Shown here: piece by piece, positions 10,051-18,855 of the stretch
Position numbering within the stretch: position 1 is the first letter of the stretch
Layout: each line of letters begins with the position of its first letter
DNA from: an uncultured Chloroflexia bacterium
Lineage (GTDB): Bacteria; Chloroflexota; Chloroflexia; QHBQ01; JADMIH01
DNA length: 64,000 nt
Direction: 5' to 3'
Assembly: GCA_963797095.1 (NCBI GenBank)
Contig: CAWCNY010000002.1
Coordinates: 1,024,001-1,088,000 of the forward strand
Position numbers and translations under genes: made by a program
The notes under the pieces: model-generated
Database searches by the model: none
What the model was told of the DNA's origin: nothing
Seen by the model: only the letters and a program-made list of their open reading frames with translations

Positions 10051-10141
10051 CTTCAGGATGTGTTGTACGCCGAGGTTGTTGACCGCCGGTCTCTCTGCTT
10101 GCTACCCGATGCTGCGCTCGACTTAAGAGTTAGGGAGGCTT

Positions 10142-10984
10142 ATGAAAGTACTCAGTAGTATCGCGGAGATTCGCTCTGCTCATGCCGGGGTCGGCGGTGA
10201 TGAGAGTGTGGGGTTTGTGCCTACTATGGGCTATTTGCACCGGGGGCATATCTCGCTTGTAGAGTTGGCGCGGCGCGAGAACAGCCTGGTTGTGGTGAGC
10301 ATCTTCGTAAACCCCACGCAGTTCGGGCCGAACGAGGACTTTTCGAGCTATCCGAGGGATACCGACCACGATCTTGAGTTGTTGAGAGAGGCCGGGGTCG
10401 ATTGGGTGTTTATGCCGAGCGTGGAGGAGATGTACCCTGATGGGTTTTCGACCTATGTGGAGGTGCGAGAGGTCACGCAGCGCCTTGAGGGGGAGATGAG
10501 GCCGGGGCACTTCCTGGGGGTGGCGACGGTGGTTGCCAAGCTGTTCCACATTGTGCAGCCTACGCGGGCGTATTTCGGGCAGAAGGACGCGCAGCAGGTG
10601 GCGGTGCTACGGAAGATGGTGCGCGACCTGGCTTTCCCGCTTGAGATCGTGGTGGGGCCGACTATGCGAGAGGCGGACGGGCTGGCGTTGTCGTCGCGCA
10701 ACGTCTATTTGAATGCCGAGGAGCGGGTGGCGGCGCTGTGCCTTTACAAAGCTTTGAGCGCGGCCAGGGCGCTATGGGAGAGTGGGGAGCGCCGGGGCGG
10801 TGTGTTGCGTGGGGCTATGGAGGGTGTGCTGGCCGGGGAGCCGATGGCGCGGCCAGATTATGTGAGTGTAGCCGACCCGGTGACGTTGGAGGAGTTGGAC
10901 GATAGCGGCGATGCGCGGGAAGCGCTGGCTTCGCTGGCGGTGCGGATCGGGAAGACGCGGCTGATCGATAACTTCATCCTGTAA
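10142..10984 (+). CDS. panC: Pantoate--beta-alanine ligase
   Basis: FVPTMGYLHRGH, SIFVNPTQF, RPGHFLGV, FGQKDAQQ, GLALSSRN and RLIDN motifs. Confidence 0.97.
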   Translation: MKVLSSIAEIRSAHAGVGGDESVGFVPTMGYLHRGHISLVELARRENSLVVVSIFVNPTQFGPNEDFSSYPRDTDHDLELLREAGVDWVFMPSVEEMYPDGFSTYVEVREVTQRLEGEMRPGHFLGVATVVAKLFHIVQPTRAYFGQKDAQQVAVLRKMVRDLAFPLEIVVGPTMREADGLALSSRNVYLNAEERVAALCLYKALSAARALWESGERRGGVLRGAMEGVLAGEPMARPDYVSVADPVTLEELDDSGDAREALASLAVRIGKTRLIDNFIL

Positions 10985-10997
10985 AACGGTTAGTTGG

Positions 10998-11073
10998 AAC
11001 CACAGAGACACAGAGTCACAGAGGTTATGAGGGTTATTGTAAGATCCTTTATAATCTCTGTGACTCTGTGGTT
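10998..11073. repeat. AACCACAGAGACACAGAG-type palindromic repeat
   Basis: AACCACAGAGACACAGAGTCACAGAG ... CTCTGTGACTCTGTGGTT inverted arms. Confidence 0.7.
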
Positions 11074-11097
11074 GATTAAGCAGGTAAGGTGAGGGCT

Positions 11098-11877
11098 ATG
11101 CTGCTGGCGATTGATGTTGGGAATACGAATACAGTGATGGGTCTTTACCAGGGTGAGGAGCTGGTGGCCGATTGGCGGATGGCTACTGTGCATACCCGCA
11201 TGCCGGATGAGTGGGCCGCCAGCCTGATCACCTTGATGGGGCACCGGGAGTATAAGCTGGCGGATATCGACGCTGCCATCCTGGCGAGCGTGGTGCCGCC
11301 TGTGACCACTGCTATGCGGGAGATGGCTGAGGATTACCTGCATACGAAGCTGATGGTCGTGGAGCCGGGGATCAAGACGGGCGTGAAGGTGACGGTGGAT
11401 AATCCGCGAGAGGTGGGGGCCGACCGGATCGTTAATACGATGGCGGCGCACGCCCGGTATGGCGGGCCTGCAATCGTGATCGATTTCGGGACGGCTACTA
11501 CCTTCGATGTGGTGTCGCCGGATGGGGAATATTTGGGCGGGGCTATCTCGCCGGGGCTGGTGGTATCGTCTGACGCACTGTTCAGGCTGACCGCGCAGTT
11601 GCGGCGAATAGAGCTTGTCGCGCCGAAGTCGAGCATCGGGAAGAACACGCCCCATGCCATGCAATCGGGCGTGGTGTGGGGGTATGTGGGCCTGGTGGAA
11701 GGTATGGTGAACAGGATCAAGGCCGATATGGGGGAGATGGGCCGTAGCGCCAAGGTGATCTCTACAGGCGGGCTGGCACGCTTGATTGCGGAGCACACGG
11801 ATTGCGTGGATATCATCGACAAAGACCTCACATTGGATGGGTTGAGGTTGATATATGAGTTGAATCGTGATACGTGA
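11098..11877 (+). CDS. coaX: Type III pantothenate kinase
   Basis: LAIDVGNTN, VGADR, IDFGTATTFD, GGAISPG and TGG motifs. Confidence 0.96.
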   Translation: MLLAIDVGNTNTVMGLYQGEELVADWRMATVHTRMPDEWAASLITLMGHREYKLADIDAAILASVVPPVTTAMREMAEDYLHTKLMVVEPGIKTGVKVTVDNPREVGADRIVNTMAAHARYGGPAIVIDFGTATTFDVVSPDGEYLGGAISPGLVVSSDALFRLTAQLRRIELVAPKSSIGKNTPHAMQSGVVWGYVGLVEGMVNRIKADMGEMGRSAKVISTGGLARLIAEHTDCVDIIDKDLTLDGLRLIYELNRDT

Positions 11878-11883
11878 GGTAGT

Positions 11884-12008
11884 GCGTACTGCGTATTGCG
11901 TACTGCGTATTGCGTACTGCGTATTGCGTACTGCGTATTGCTTACTGCGTATTGCTTACTGCGTATTGCGTACTGCGTATTGCTTACTGCGTATTGCTTA
12001 CTGCGTAG
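11884..12008 (+). repeat. Heptamer tandem array (GCGTACT/GCGTATT/GCTTACT, about 18 units)
   Basis: Directly visible tandem repeat. Confidence 0.95.
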
Positions 12009-12065
12009 TTTGAAGGTCGAGTGGTGGGGCTTTGTGTTGTTGGTTGATTGAATGGAGGTGTTGAG

Positions 12066-12323
12066 ATGGGTCGATCTGTTGTGAAGTCTTCTGTTGTGAA
12101 TGCCGCGGTATTGAATCCTTCTGTGTGGCGGCCAATCGGGGCGGCGGCGCTGGGCGCGCTGGCGGTTGGAGCATTTGCTATTGGGACGGTAGTGGTAGGG
12201 CGTATCGCGCTTGGGAAACTGGCGGTGGGCCAGGTGAGCGCGGGCAAGGTGAAGATCGCTGAGTTGGAAGTGGGCACGCTTCGGGTGAAGAAGCTCGAAG
12301 TGCTGGAAGGCATGGATTCATAG
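12066..12323 (+). CDS. Small hypothetical membrane protein
   Basis: GGAGGT RBS; Gly/Ala-rich hydrophobic segment followed by a basic tail. Confidence 0.7.
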   Translation: MGRSVVKSSVVNAAVLNPSVWRPIGAAALGALAVGAFAIGTVVVGRIALGKLAVGQVSAGKVKIAELEVGTLRVKKLEVLEGMDS

Positions 12324-12334
12324 GGAGTTGTGTG

Positions 12335-13543
12335 ATGGGTTTGGACTGCAAGCGGGTTGTACTGGGGGTATCGGGTGGGATAGCCGCTTATAAGGCGGCG
12401 GACCTTGCCTCGAAGCTGTCGCAGGCGGGGGCGCTGGTTGATGTGATCATGACCGAAGGTGCCCGCAAGTTTGTGACTCCGTTGACGTTTGCTGCCCTCA
12501 CGCACAGGCCCGTGCGTACCGACATATTCGAGGATTGGTTGGGTGAGGATACGGGGCACGTGGGGCTGGCTCATGGGGCTGATGTGCTGGTGGTCGCGCC
12601 CGCCACGGCCCACACGATTGCCAGGCTGGCGCTTGGGTTGTCGGACGACTTGCTTGGAGCGGTCTATTTGTCGACGCGTGCTCCTGTGCTGATCGTGCCT
12701 GCTATGGAGAGCGGGATGTATACGCACCCGGCCACACAACAGCATTTGGAGACACTCAAGCAGAGGGGTGCGGTCGTGATGACTCCGGCGGAGGGGCACC
12801 TGGCTTCGGGGGCGTCGGGGGTCGGGAGGATGCCTGAGCCTGCCGAGATCCTGGCGGAGATACGGATCGTGCTGGGTAGAGAGGGGACTCTGAAGGGGAG
12901 GCGGGTGGTGGTGACGGCGGGGGGCACGCACGAAGCGATAGATCCGGTGAGGTTTGTTGGCAACGGGTCGTCGGGGAAGATGGGGTATGCTATCGCCGAA
13001 GAAGCGTTGTATGGAGGGGCCGAGGTGACGCTGATCAGTGGGCCTGTGGCTTTGCAAGCTCCCTACGGAGTGAAGGTTGTGCGTGTCACCGGCGCGCGGG
13101 AGATGGAGGGGGCGGTGCGTGAGGCGGTGGTAGATGGTCGGGCCGATGCCCTGGTGATGGCTGCGGCGGTGGCCGATTACGCGCCTGCCGAGGTGGCAGA
13201 GCAAAAGATCAAGAAGACGGGCGACACGCTGTCGCTGACAATGACGCGCAATCCTGATATACTGGGCAACCTGGCGGGGATGGATCTGCCGGGGCTGGTG
13301 CGTGTCGGGTTTGCAGCCGAGACGCAGGACCTTGTCGAGAATGCGCGGGAGAAACTGCGGAAGAAGAAGCTCGATATGATCGTGGCTAACGATGCGGTGG
13401 CAAGCATTGGGGCCGATGAGAGCGCGATCACGCTGATTACGAGGGATGGCGGGATGGAGCAGCTGCCGCCCGCGCCCAAGGGCGAGAACGCGCGGGTTAT
13501 TGTGGGAAAGTTAGTGGAATTGTTAGGTGTGAAGTACGTATGA
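12335..13543 (+). CDS. coaBC: Bifunctional phosphopantothenoylcysteine decarboxylase/ligase
   Basis: GGIAAYK, APATA, VTAGGTHEAIDPVRFVGNGSSGKMG, AAVADY, GFAAET and IVAND motifs. Confidence 0.96.
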   Translation: MGLDCKRVVLGVSGGIAAYKAADLASKLSQAGALVDVIMTEGARKFVTPLTFAALTHRPVRTDIFEDWLGEDTGHVGLAHGADVLVVAPATAHTIARLALGLSDDLLGAVYLSTRAPVLIVPAMESGMYTHPATQQHLETLKQRGAVVMTPAEGHLASGASGVGRMPEPAEILAEIRIVLGREGTLKGRRVVVTAGGTHEAIDPVRFVGNGSSGKMGYAIAEEALYGGAEVTLISGPVALQAPYGVKVVRVTGAREMEGAVREAVVDGRADALVMAAAVADYAPAEVAEQKIKKTGDTLSLTMTRNPDILGNLAGMDLPGLVRVGFAAETQDLVENAREKLRKKKLDMIVANDAVASIGADESAITLITRDGGMEQLPPAPKGENARVIVGKLVELLGVKYV

Positions 13544-13848
13544 CGCTACCCTGGACAGTTGACTATCTGCCGCACCTGCTGGTGCTGCTGGTGATCGCGG
13601 CGGTGGTTGGGTGGCTGACCGATCTGATCGCCGGGGGGCGGGTGCCCCTTGGTTTCTTCGGAGCTATCTTGTTCGGGTTGGTTGGGGCCTGGTTCGCGAT
13701 TGAGATCGTGCGCCCGCGCGTGCCGTTCACATTGCCCACCGAGCCGATTTTCGATCATGTGCCGCTTGTGACGGCGGCTACCGGGGCGTTTGTGGTGTCT
13801 TTGATGTGGTGCGCGCTAGCCTCGCGGTTGCGGAGGCGGTACAGGTAG
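13540..13848 (+). CDS. GlsB/YeaQ/YmgE-like (transglycosylase-associated) membrane protein
   Basis: Three hydrophobic segments, VGWL...GLVGA pattern; ATGA overlap with coaBC stop. Confidence 0.7.
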   Translation: MTLPWTVDYLPHLLVLLVIAAVVGWLTDLIAGGRVPLGFFGAILFGLVGAWFAIEIVRPRVPFTLPTEPIFDHVPLVTAATGAFVVSLMWCALASRLRRRYR

Positions 13849-14010
13849 AGCGTATTGCGTACTGTGTACTGCGTAGTGCTTATTTCGCTTGGAGAGGGCT
13901 TTTTTAGCCAGGGTTTTGTATTGGTTTGTTAAGGTGCTGGACTGTTACTTGCGTTTGCCTTTGTAGCGCCTTTGCTGTCGGGCTTAGGGTTGTGAACGTC
14001 CTTTGAATTG

Positions 14011-14039
14011 ATCTTAGCACAAGCGTTCTAGTTATGCAA
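14011..14039 (-). promoter_or_regulatory. sigma70-like promoter with a LexA-box-like site in the spacer
   Basis: Minus strand TTGCAT-17 nt-TAAGAT with extended TG; spacer carries AGAACgcttGTGCT (GAAC-N4-GTTC, one mismatch). Confidence 0.5.
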
Positions 14040-14329
14040 GTAGACTTTTGGGTAGTTTTTGTAGTGGTGAGTGCGGAGTGGGAGTGTTGGGGTTGGTACT
14101 TTCCCGTGGGTGATCTTGGGGAGCGAGATTCTTCACTTCGTTCAGGATGACAACCTTCTTCTTGGTTCGTTTCTTGCCACATTTTCTTTAGCGAAGTACT
14201 CAAGATGACCTGGTGGGAGGTGGGTTGGCTTTTGGGATGATAGTTGCCTACAGGTAGGCATTGTTCTGTCGGGTAGAGATTGTGGGTTGGTTGACGAGAA
14301 GAGGTGTGTGTTGAGAGATTGGTGTTGGC

Positions 14330-15253
14330 ATGAGTGATGGGGTTGAGTTGAAAGCTTTGGAGGATGGTTTGGCTGAGGGGAGTGGGGTGCCTTCGGCGGA
14401 GCGCGGTTCGCGCTTTTCTGTGTGGCGAATGCGCATGCGTTTGGGCGGGTTGGAGGTGTCGTTTCCCCAACTGGTGCTGGCTTCGGGGATTGTTGTTTAT
14501 GGCTTTGCCATGCCGGGGGATGTTAAGTTCAAGCTGGATGCCATGGGCTTCGGGGTGTGTCACCAGATACACACTCATTCCTTCACTATAGGTGGGCACC
14601 AATTGCCTCTGTGCGCCCGATGTACGGGTATCTACCTGGGCGCGCTTTCGGCTGTGTTTATTATGTCGCGATTGAGGAGGCGGTCTGATCGTTTGCCTGC
14701 TGCGGGGATGTTGGGCTTGCTTGGTCTCTTTTTCGGGGCGATGGTGCTGGACGGGCTTAACTCCACCTTTCAGACGTTCGGCGGCGGGCTCTGGGATAGC
14801 ACGAACCTGGTGAGGTTGATCACGGGGGCGATGTCGGGCTTGGCGGTGGCCTTCGTTTTCTACCCGGTGTTCAATCTGAGCGTGTGGCACCGGGAAGTAA
14901 GGCAGCGGCGGAGCGTGCTTGCGCGTGGGGTTGAGTTATTGCCCTACCTGGCGCTGGCGGGGGTGCTGCTCGCGCTGGTGCTGGTGGGTGCGGGTTGGCT
15001 CTATTATCCGCTGTCGGTGTTGAGTATCAGCGGGCTGCTGACGCTGCTTACTATGGCAAATACGTTGGTGATTTTGCTGGTCACTCGCAAGGACGAGCAG
15101 GCTCGCACGCCTCACGATGTATTGACATTTGTGCTGTGGGGGCTGGCCTTGAGCCTGGTTATGCTGACGCTGCTGGCGTGGGGTAGGGCTTCGCTCGCGC
15201 CCTTTATGGCGGGGAATCCGCTGGGAGTGCCGGTGCTGCCGGGATTGCCGTAG
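14330..15253 (+). CDS. DUF2085 family membrane protein
   Basis: VCHQ..HSF...QLPLCARCTGIYLG signature; start uncertain. Confidence 0.85.
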   Translation: MSDGVELKALEDGLAEGSGVPSAERGSRFSVWRMRMRLGGLEVSFPQLVLASGIVVYGFAMPGDVKFKLDAMGFGVCHQIHTHSFTIGGHQLPLCARCTGIYLGALSAVFIMSRLRRRSDRLPAAGMLGLLGLFFGAMVLDGLNSTFQTFGGGLWDSTNLVRLITGAMSGLAVAFVFYPVFNLSVWHREVRQRRSVLARGVELLPYLALAGVLLALVLVGAGWLYYPLSVLSISGLLTLLTMANTLVILLVTRKDEQARTPHDVLTFVLWGLALSLVMLTLLAWGRASLAPFMAGNPLGVPVLPGLP

Positions 15254-15434
15254 GAGGAACGAAGGACGAACGTCCCAAATTTCAAGTTCCAAGTTCCAAG
15301 TTCCTGGTGGTCGGTAGTCGGAACGTTCGTCCTGCGTCGCCCTCTCGCAACTTCCAAGTTTGAACCGCGTGTGATACACTGTAGGCGTTCGGACGTTAGC
15401 CGACTTATGTGGACTAGCAAAGGAGGTCGTACTC

Positions 15435-16565
15435 ATGGACGCTAATTCCAGTACTGGGCCTACACCTTCGGGCGGGATGACGCAGGCTCAGGCCAATAAC
15501 CTGAGCAGGATTGGTATCCCGTCAGACATTATTCAGGAGATCCGACAGGCAAACCTACCTGACCCTGTGTTGGCCAAGCTTGAGACTGTTACTTCACCTC
15601 AGCAATTGGCCGATGAGGTGGGAACGCTGTGGCTGTCGAGCGATCTTGTGGAGAGGATCAAGAAGACTCAACCACCTGAACTGCCAGCGGCCCCGGCGCG
15701 TGTGGAACTTCCGGCTCCGGAGACCCCTCCTGCCATGACTCCCGGCCCCAGCGCGCCGGTTACTCCTCCCGCAGGCTATGCTCCACCCCCGCAGATGCAG
15801 CAACCTCAGCCCCCCTCTCAGCCGCAATACAACTACGGGCAAGCGCCGCCGCAAGGTGCTCCACCGCCGGGAGGCTATATGCCGCCACAGGGCGCACCGC
15901 CGCCGGGCGGCTATCCGCAGCCGCAGCCGACCCAGCCTATGGGGCAGCAGCCGGGTTATCCTCCTCCACAGTACCCGCAGTACCAGCAGCAGCCAGGGGC
16001 ACAGGGATATGGGCAGGCTCCCTACGGGCAGCAGCCTTATCCCCAGCAGCCCTATGCGCAACAGCCTTATGGAGCGGCACCGGCGGCAGCAGTCGCCCCG
16101 AAGAAGGGCGGGGTGCCCGCTGTTGTGTGGGTGTTGGGTGGGATTTTCCTGTTCCTGATACTTTGCGTGGTGGGTATATGGGTGGCTGTCAGCGCATTCG
16201 TCAGCAGCGCGGGACATGCCCTGGATACGCTTGGCGCGACCGGAGTTGCATCTACGTTCAGCCTGGAGATGGCAACCGGCCAATTTGAGAATGCCCACGA
16301 TCTGCTTGGCGGCAGCCTGGGCACCAGGTACAGCGCTACCACCCTGGAAGATAAGTGGACCGCGTTGTCGGGCGACAGCACGTCCAGCCTTTCTACAGAT
16401 ATCGGTTCGCCAAAGGTTGACGGCGACAGGGTGATAATACCGTGGACGATAACGAATGCACAGGGGAAACAATATCACGTGGACCTTTATATGGGCACTA
16501 TTTCATCCGGCAATGATGCTTTCCAGATAGTGGATGCCAAGCCGGATTTAATACCGTCTCCCTGA
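15435..16565 (+). CDS. Pro/Gln/Tyr-rich single-pass membrane protein
   Basis: AAGGAGG RBS, low-complexity P/Q/Y region, one TM segment, C-terminal globular domain. Confidence 0.8.
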   Translation: MDANSSTGPTPSGGMTQAQANNLSRIGIPSDIIQEIRQANLPDPVLAKLETVTSPQQLADEVGTLWLSSDLVERIKKTQPPELPAAPARVELPAPETPPAMTPGPSAPVTPPAGYAPPPQMQQPQPPSQPQYNYGQAPPQGAPPPGGYMPPQGAPPPGGYPQPQPTQPMGQQPGYPPPQYPQYQQQPGAQGYGQAPYGQQPYPQQPYAQQPYGAAPAAAVAPKKGGVPAVVWVLGGIFLFLILCVVGIWVAVSAFVSSAGHALDTLGATGVASTFSLEMATGQFENAHDLLGGSLGTRYSATTLEDKWTALSGDSTSSLSTDIGSPKVDGDRVIIPWTITNAQGKQYHVDLYMGTISSGNDAFQIVDAKPDLIPSP

Positions 16566-16593
16566 TGCGTTGCGATGTATGAGAGCAACTTAG

Positions 16594-17055
16594 GTGAGGG
16601 GGCGGATCAGGCCGCGCCTGGTGGGCGGAGCGTTGGGCGTTGGTCTGGTGACGGCGCTCTACCTGGCTGATAGCTTGTTGAAGGGATCAGGTGGGGATGG
16701 AATGCCCCTGGTAGGACTGTTGGTGTTGGCGGCTCCGGGGATGTTGGCCGCGTGGTTGGCGCAACGGTATGGGCAACTGGAGGAGGTCGAGAGGGAGGGA
16801 GCACTGGCGGGTTTGATTACCGCGCACTTTGCTTCGGCGCTGCTGGTAGTGGCGCTCATCCTGGGGGCGCTCGATATCGATTGGACTGTTTACGAGGCGC
16901 AGGTAGGGGTGCAGATCGCAGGCGAAGTGAGGGATGCCGTTGTGCCTGCGGTGGCTGTGGCAGGGGCGGTGTCCGTGGTTGTGGTTAATGCGTGGTGTGT
17001 TACGGCCGGCTGGCTGGGCGCTCTCCTCTATAAGAGGCTGGCGGGTTTGAGATAG
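16594..17055 (+). CDS. Hypothetical membrane protein
   Basis: About four hydrophobic helices; operonic spacing. Confidence 0.7.
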   Translation: MRGRIRPRLVGGALGVGLVTALYLADSLLKGSGGDGMPLVGLLVLAAPGMLAAWLAQRYGQLEEVEREGALAGLITAHFASALLVVALILGALDIDWTVYEAQVGVQIAGEVRDAVVPAVAVAGAVSVVVVNAWCVTAGWLGALLYKRLAGLR

Positions 17056-17065
17056 AAGTAGAAGT

Positions 17066-17671
17066 ATGGATGCGTTTTCTACCATAATCGCAGGGTTCGG
17101 GCTGTCGGCTCCGGCGGGCCTCAATGCGTGGATACCTCTGCTGGTAGCTTCGTTGGCTGCCAAGATCGGGTGGCTAAAGCTCAACGCCCCATTCAACGTG
17201 CTTGGGGAGACGTGGGTGTTGCTTGTGCTGTTGGCACTTGTCACGATCGAGCTTTTCGTGGACAAGATACCGGCGATTGATACGATCAACGATATCATTC
17301 ACACGTTCATCCGCCCGGTGGCGGGGGGTATCCTGTTCGCGGCGCAGGCAGGGGCTATCGGGGGATTGGACCCAACGGTAGGGTTTATTTTGGGGCTGCT
17401 GTCGGCGGGGGCGGTACACACGGTGAAGGCGACCGGGAGGCCGCTGGTGACGGCGTTTACCGGAGGGCTATTTAACCCTATTGTGAGCATGGTTGAGGAT
17501 ATTATCGCGGCTGTGACGGCTGTGCTGGCGCTGGTGGCCCCCATCGTGGCGGCGCTGATTATGCTGGTGTTGCTGGCGGTGGCGGGGTGGATGGTGTTGC
17601 GCTGGCGCGAGCGGCGGAGGCGGAGACGCCTGGAGGCGCAGGCAAGTGCAGCGAAGCAGGGGTCGCCGTAG
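17066..17671 (+). CDS. DUF4126 family membrane protein
   Basis: GLSAPAGLNAWIPLL, ELFVDKIP, IHTFIRP..GG and NPIVSMVED motifs. Confidence 0.9.
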   Translation: MDAFSTIIAGFGLSAPAGLNAWIPLLVASLAAKIGWLKLNAPFNVLGETWVLLVLLALVTIELFVDKIPAIDTINDIIHTFIRPVAGGILFAAQAGAIGGLDPTVGFILGLLSAGAVHTVKATGRPLVTAFTGGLFNPIVSMVEDIIAAVTAVLALVAPIVAALIMLVLLAVAGWMVLRWRERRRRRRLEAQASAAKQGSP

Positions 17672-17737
17672 GCGGTAGCCGGTAGACGGCGGTTGGATTA
17701 CGGTTCCTGGTTGCTTTCTCATTTCACGGTATCTCCT

Positions 17738-18325
17738 CTAGGGTACGGGTGTGAAGTAGTCTGTGGTACGAACAACCAGCTTATCATCCACAAAGAAGGC
17801 GGCAACAGTCCTTACGGTCCATTGGGCCAGGGCTTTGTGGATATTGTACTGAGTAACGCTAACGCCGTCAGAATCTGTAACAGTGCCGTCGGCGTCGCGA
17901 AACGTTCCCCAGTAGCTAAAGGTGAAGTGTACTTTTGCCCCTTCCACAGGTTTGTTATCCAGGGTGAGGGTACTTGTGAGGGTGATGATGCCATCTGGCG
18001 TGGTAGGGTTGGTGGGGCTGATTTCGAGGGTAGCGGTGTATTCGCCTGGTTTGGGGGTCGAGGTGGGGATAGGGATGGGCGTTTGGGCATTTGCGCTTGT
18101 ATTGATGTTTGTAAGGGTTTCCATGAGGTCGGTGGCGGTGATTTTGGGGTTGCCAGCGTTGATTGCCCAGGCGAGAGCAGCGACTGTGGCGAGCGTCAAA
18201 ACTGAGACGAAGATCCAGGATGCCCAGGGTGTTCTCTCCTCGATGGTCAGCTTGAGAGGCGTCTGGTCTACCAGCGATTCGGGGTTGACGCGAGGTATTG
18301 GGTTGTCAGGCGGGTCGCTTGACAA
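17738..18325 (-). CDS. Hypothetical membrane-anchored protein with Ig-like domain
   Basis: One TM segment, PT linker, beta-rich PVEGAKVHF...TDSDG pattern; AAGGA RBS. Confidence 0.65.
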   Translation of the reverse strand: MSSDPPDNPIPRVNPESLVDQTPLKLTIEERTPWASWIFVSVLTLATVAALAWAINAGNPKITATDLMETLTNINTSANAQTPIPIPTSTPKPGEYTATLEISPTNPTTPDGIITLTSTLTLDNKPVEGAKVHFTFSYWGTFRDADGTVTDSDGVSVTQYNIHKALAQWTVRTVAAFFVDDKLVVRTTDYFTPVP

Positions 18326-18413
18326 TGATGGTTCCTTTTGGGTTGGGCGAGTAGCCGCTGTGATTAATATCCGTTTTGGGGGCGGAATGTTTGTGTTGGT
18401 TTTGGTGGGACTG

Positions 18414-18445
18414 AAAAAAGCCCCTGCTTCCTAGGAAGCAGGGGC
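18414..18445 (-). terminator. Intrinsic terminator
   Basis: GCCCCTGCTTC-CTAG-GAAGCAGGGGC followed by T6 on the minus strand. Confidence 0.9.
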
Positions 18446-18478
18446 AAGTTCTCGTTTCCGAGCATCACCGGCTAATGC

Positions 18479-18526
18479 CTAGGCATTGTCCTCGCCGGTG
18501 ATGCTCATAAGTGTGCTACTACTCAT
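18479..18526 (-). CDS. 15-aa small ORF MSSSTLMSITGEDNA
   Basis: Perfect SD AAGGAGGTGA 5 nt before ATG; has its own promoter and terminator. Confidence 0.55.
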   Translation of the reverse strand: MSSSTLMSITGEDNA

Positions 18527-18597
18527 ACGCATCACCTCCTTGTTCTTAATGTGGGGCCGGGACGATAAATTTGTTTAGAGGTGGCCTCACTGATTCA

Positions 18598-18627
18598 ACT
18601 ATAACAGAGCGTAGATCTGATTGTCAA
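18598..18627 (-). promoter_or_regulatory. sigma70 promoter of the small-ORF transcript
   Basis: TTGACA-18 nt-TATAGT with extended -10 TG. Confidence 0.7.
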
Positions 18628-18855
18628 GGAGAAGTCATTAAGATCGGCATGAATACATCTACAGTAGGATGTATAATCGGCTGGCGGGTGTTGGCCCGCC
18701 ACAGACTGCCATTCTTTGCTTTTTGTTGAACGCACGCTAACTCTGATATAATTGAACGTACTTTGCCCGCGACCTTGCGTAAAAAGTGCGGTTAGGCACC
18801 CTCAATTCGCGCGCATTTATATCCCGTATTCCATTTTGGAGGAGGCTTACACAGA

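Noticed and set aside
11884-12008. Possible CRISPR array
   Set aside because: 7-bp tandem units with no unique spacers, and no cas genes in the window
13904-14890. 328-aa minus-strand ORF
   Set aside because: Antisense to the DUF2085 gene, runs through low-complexity and REP DNA, and has no domain signal
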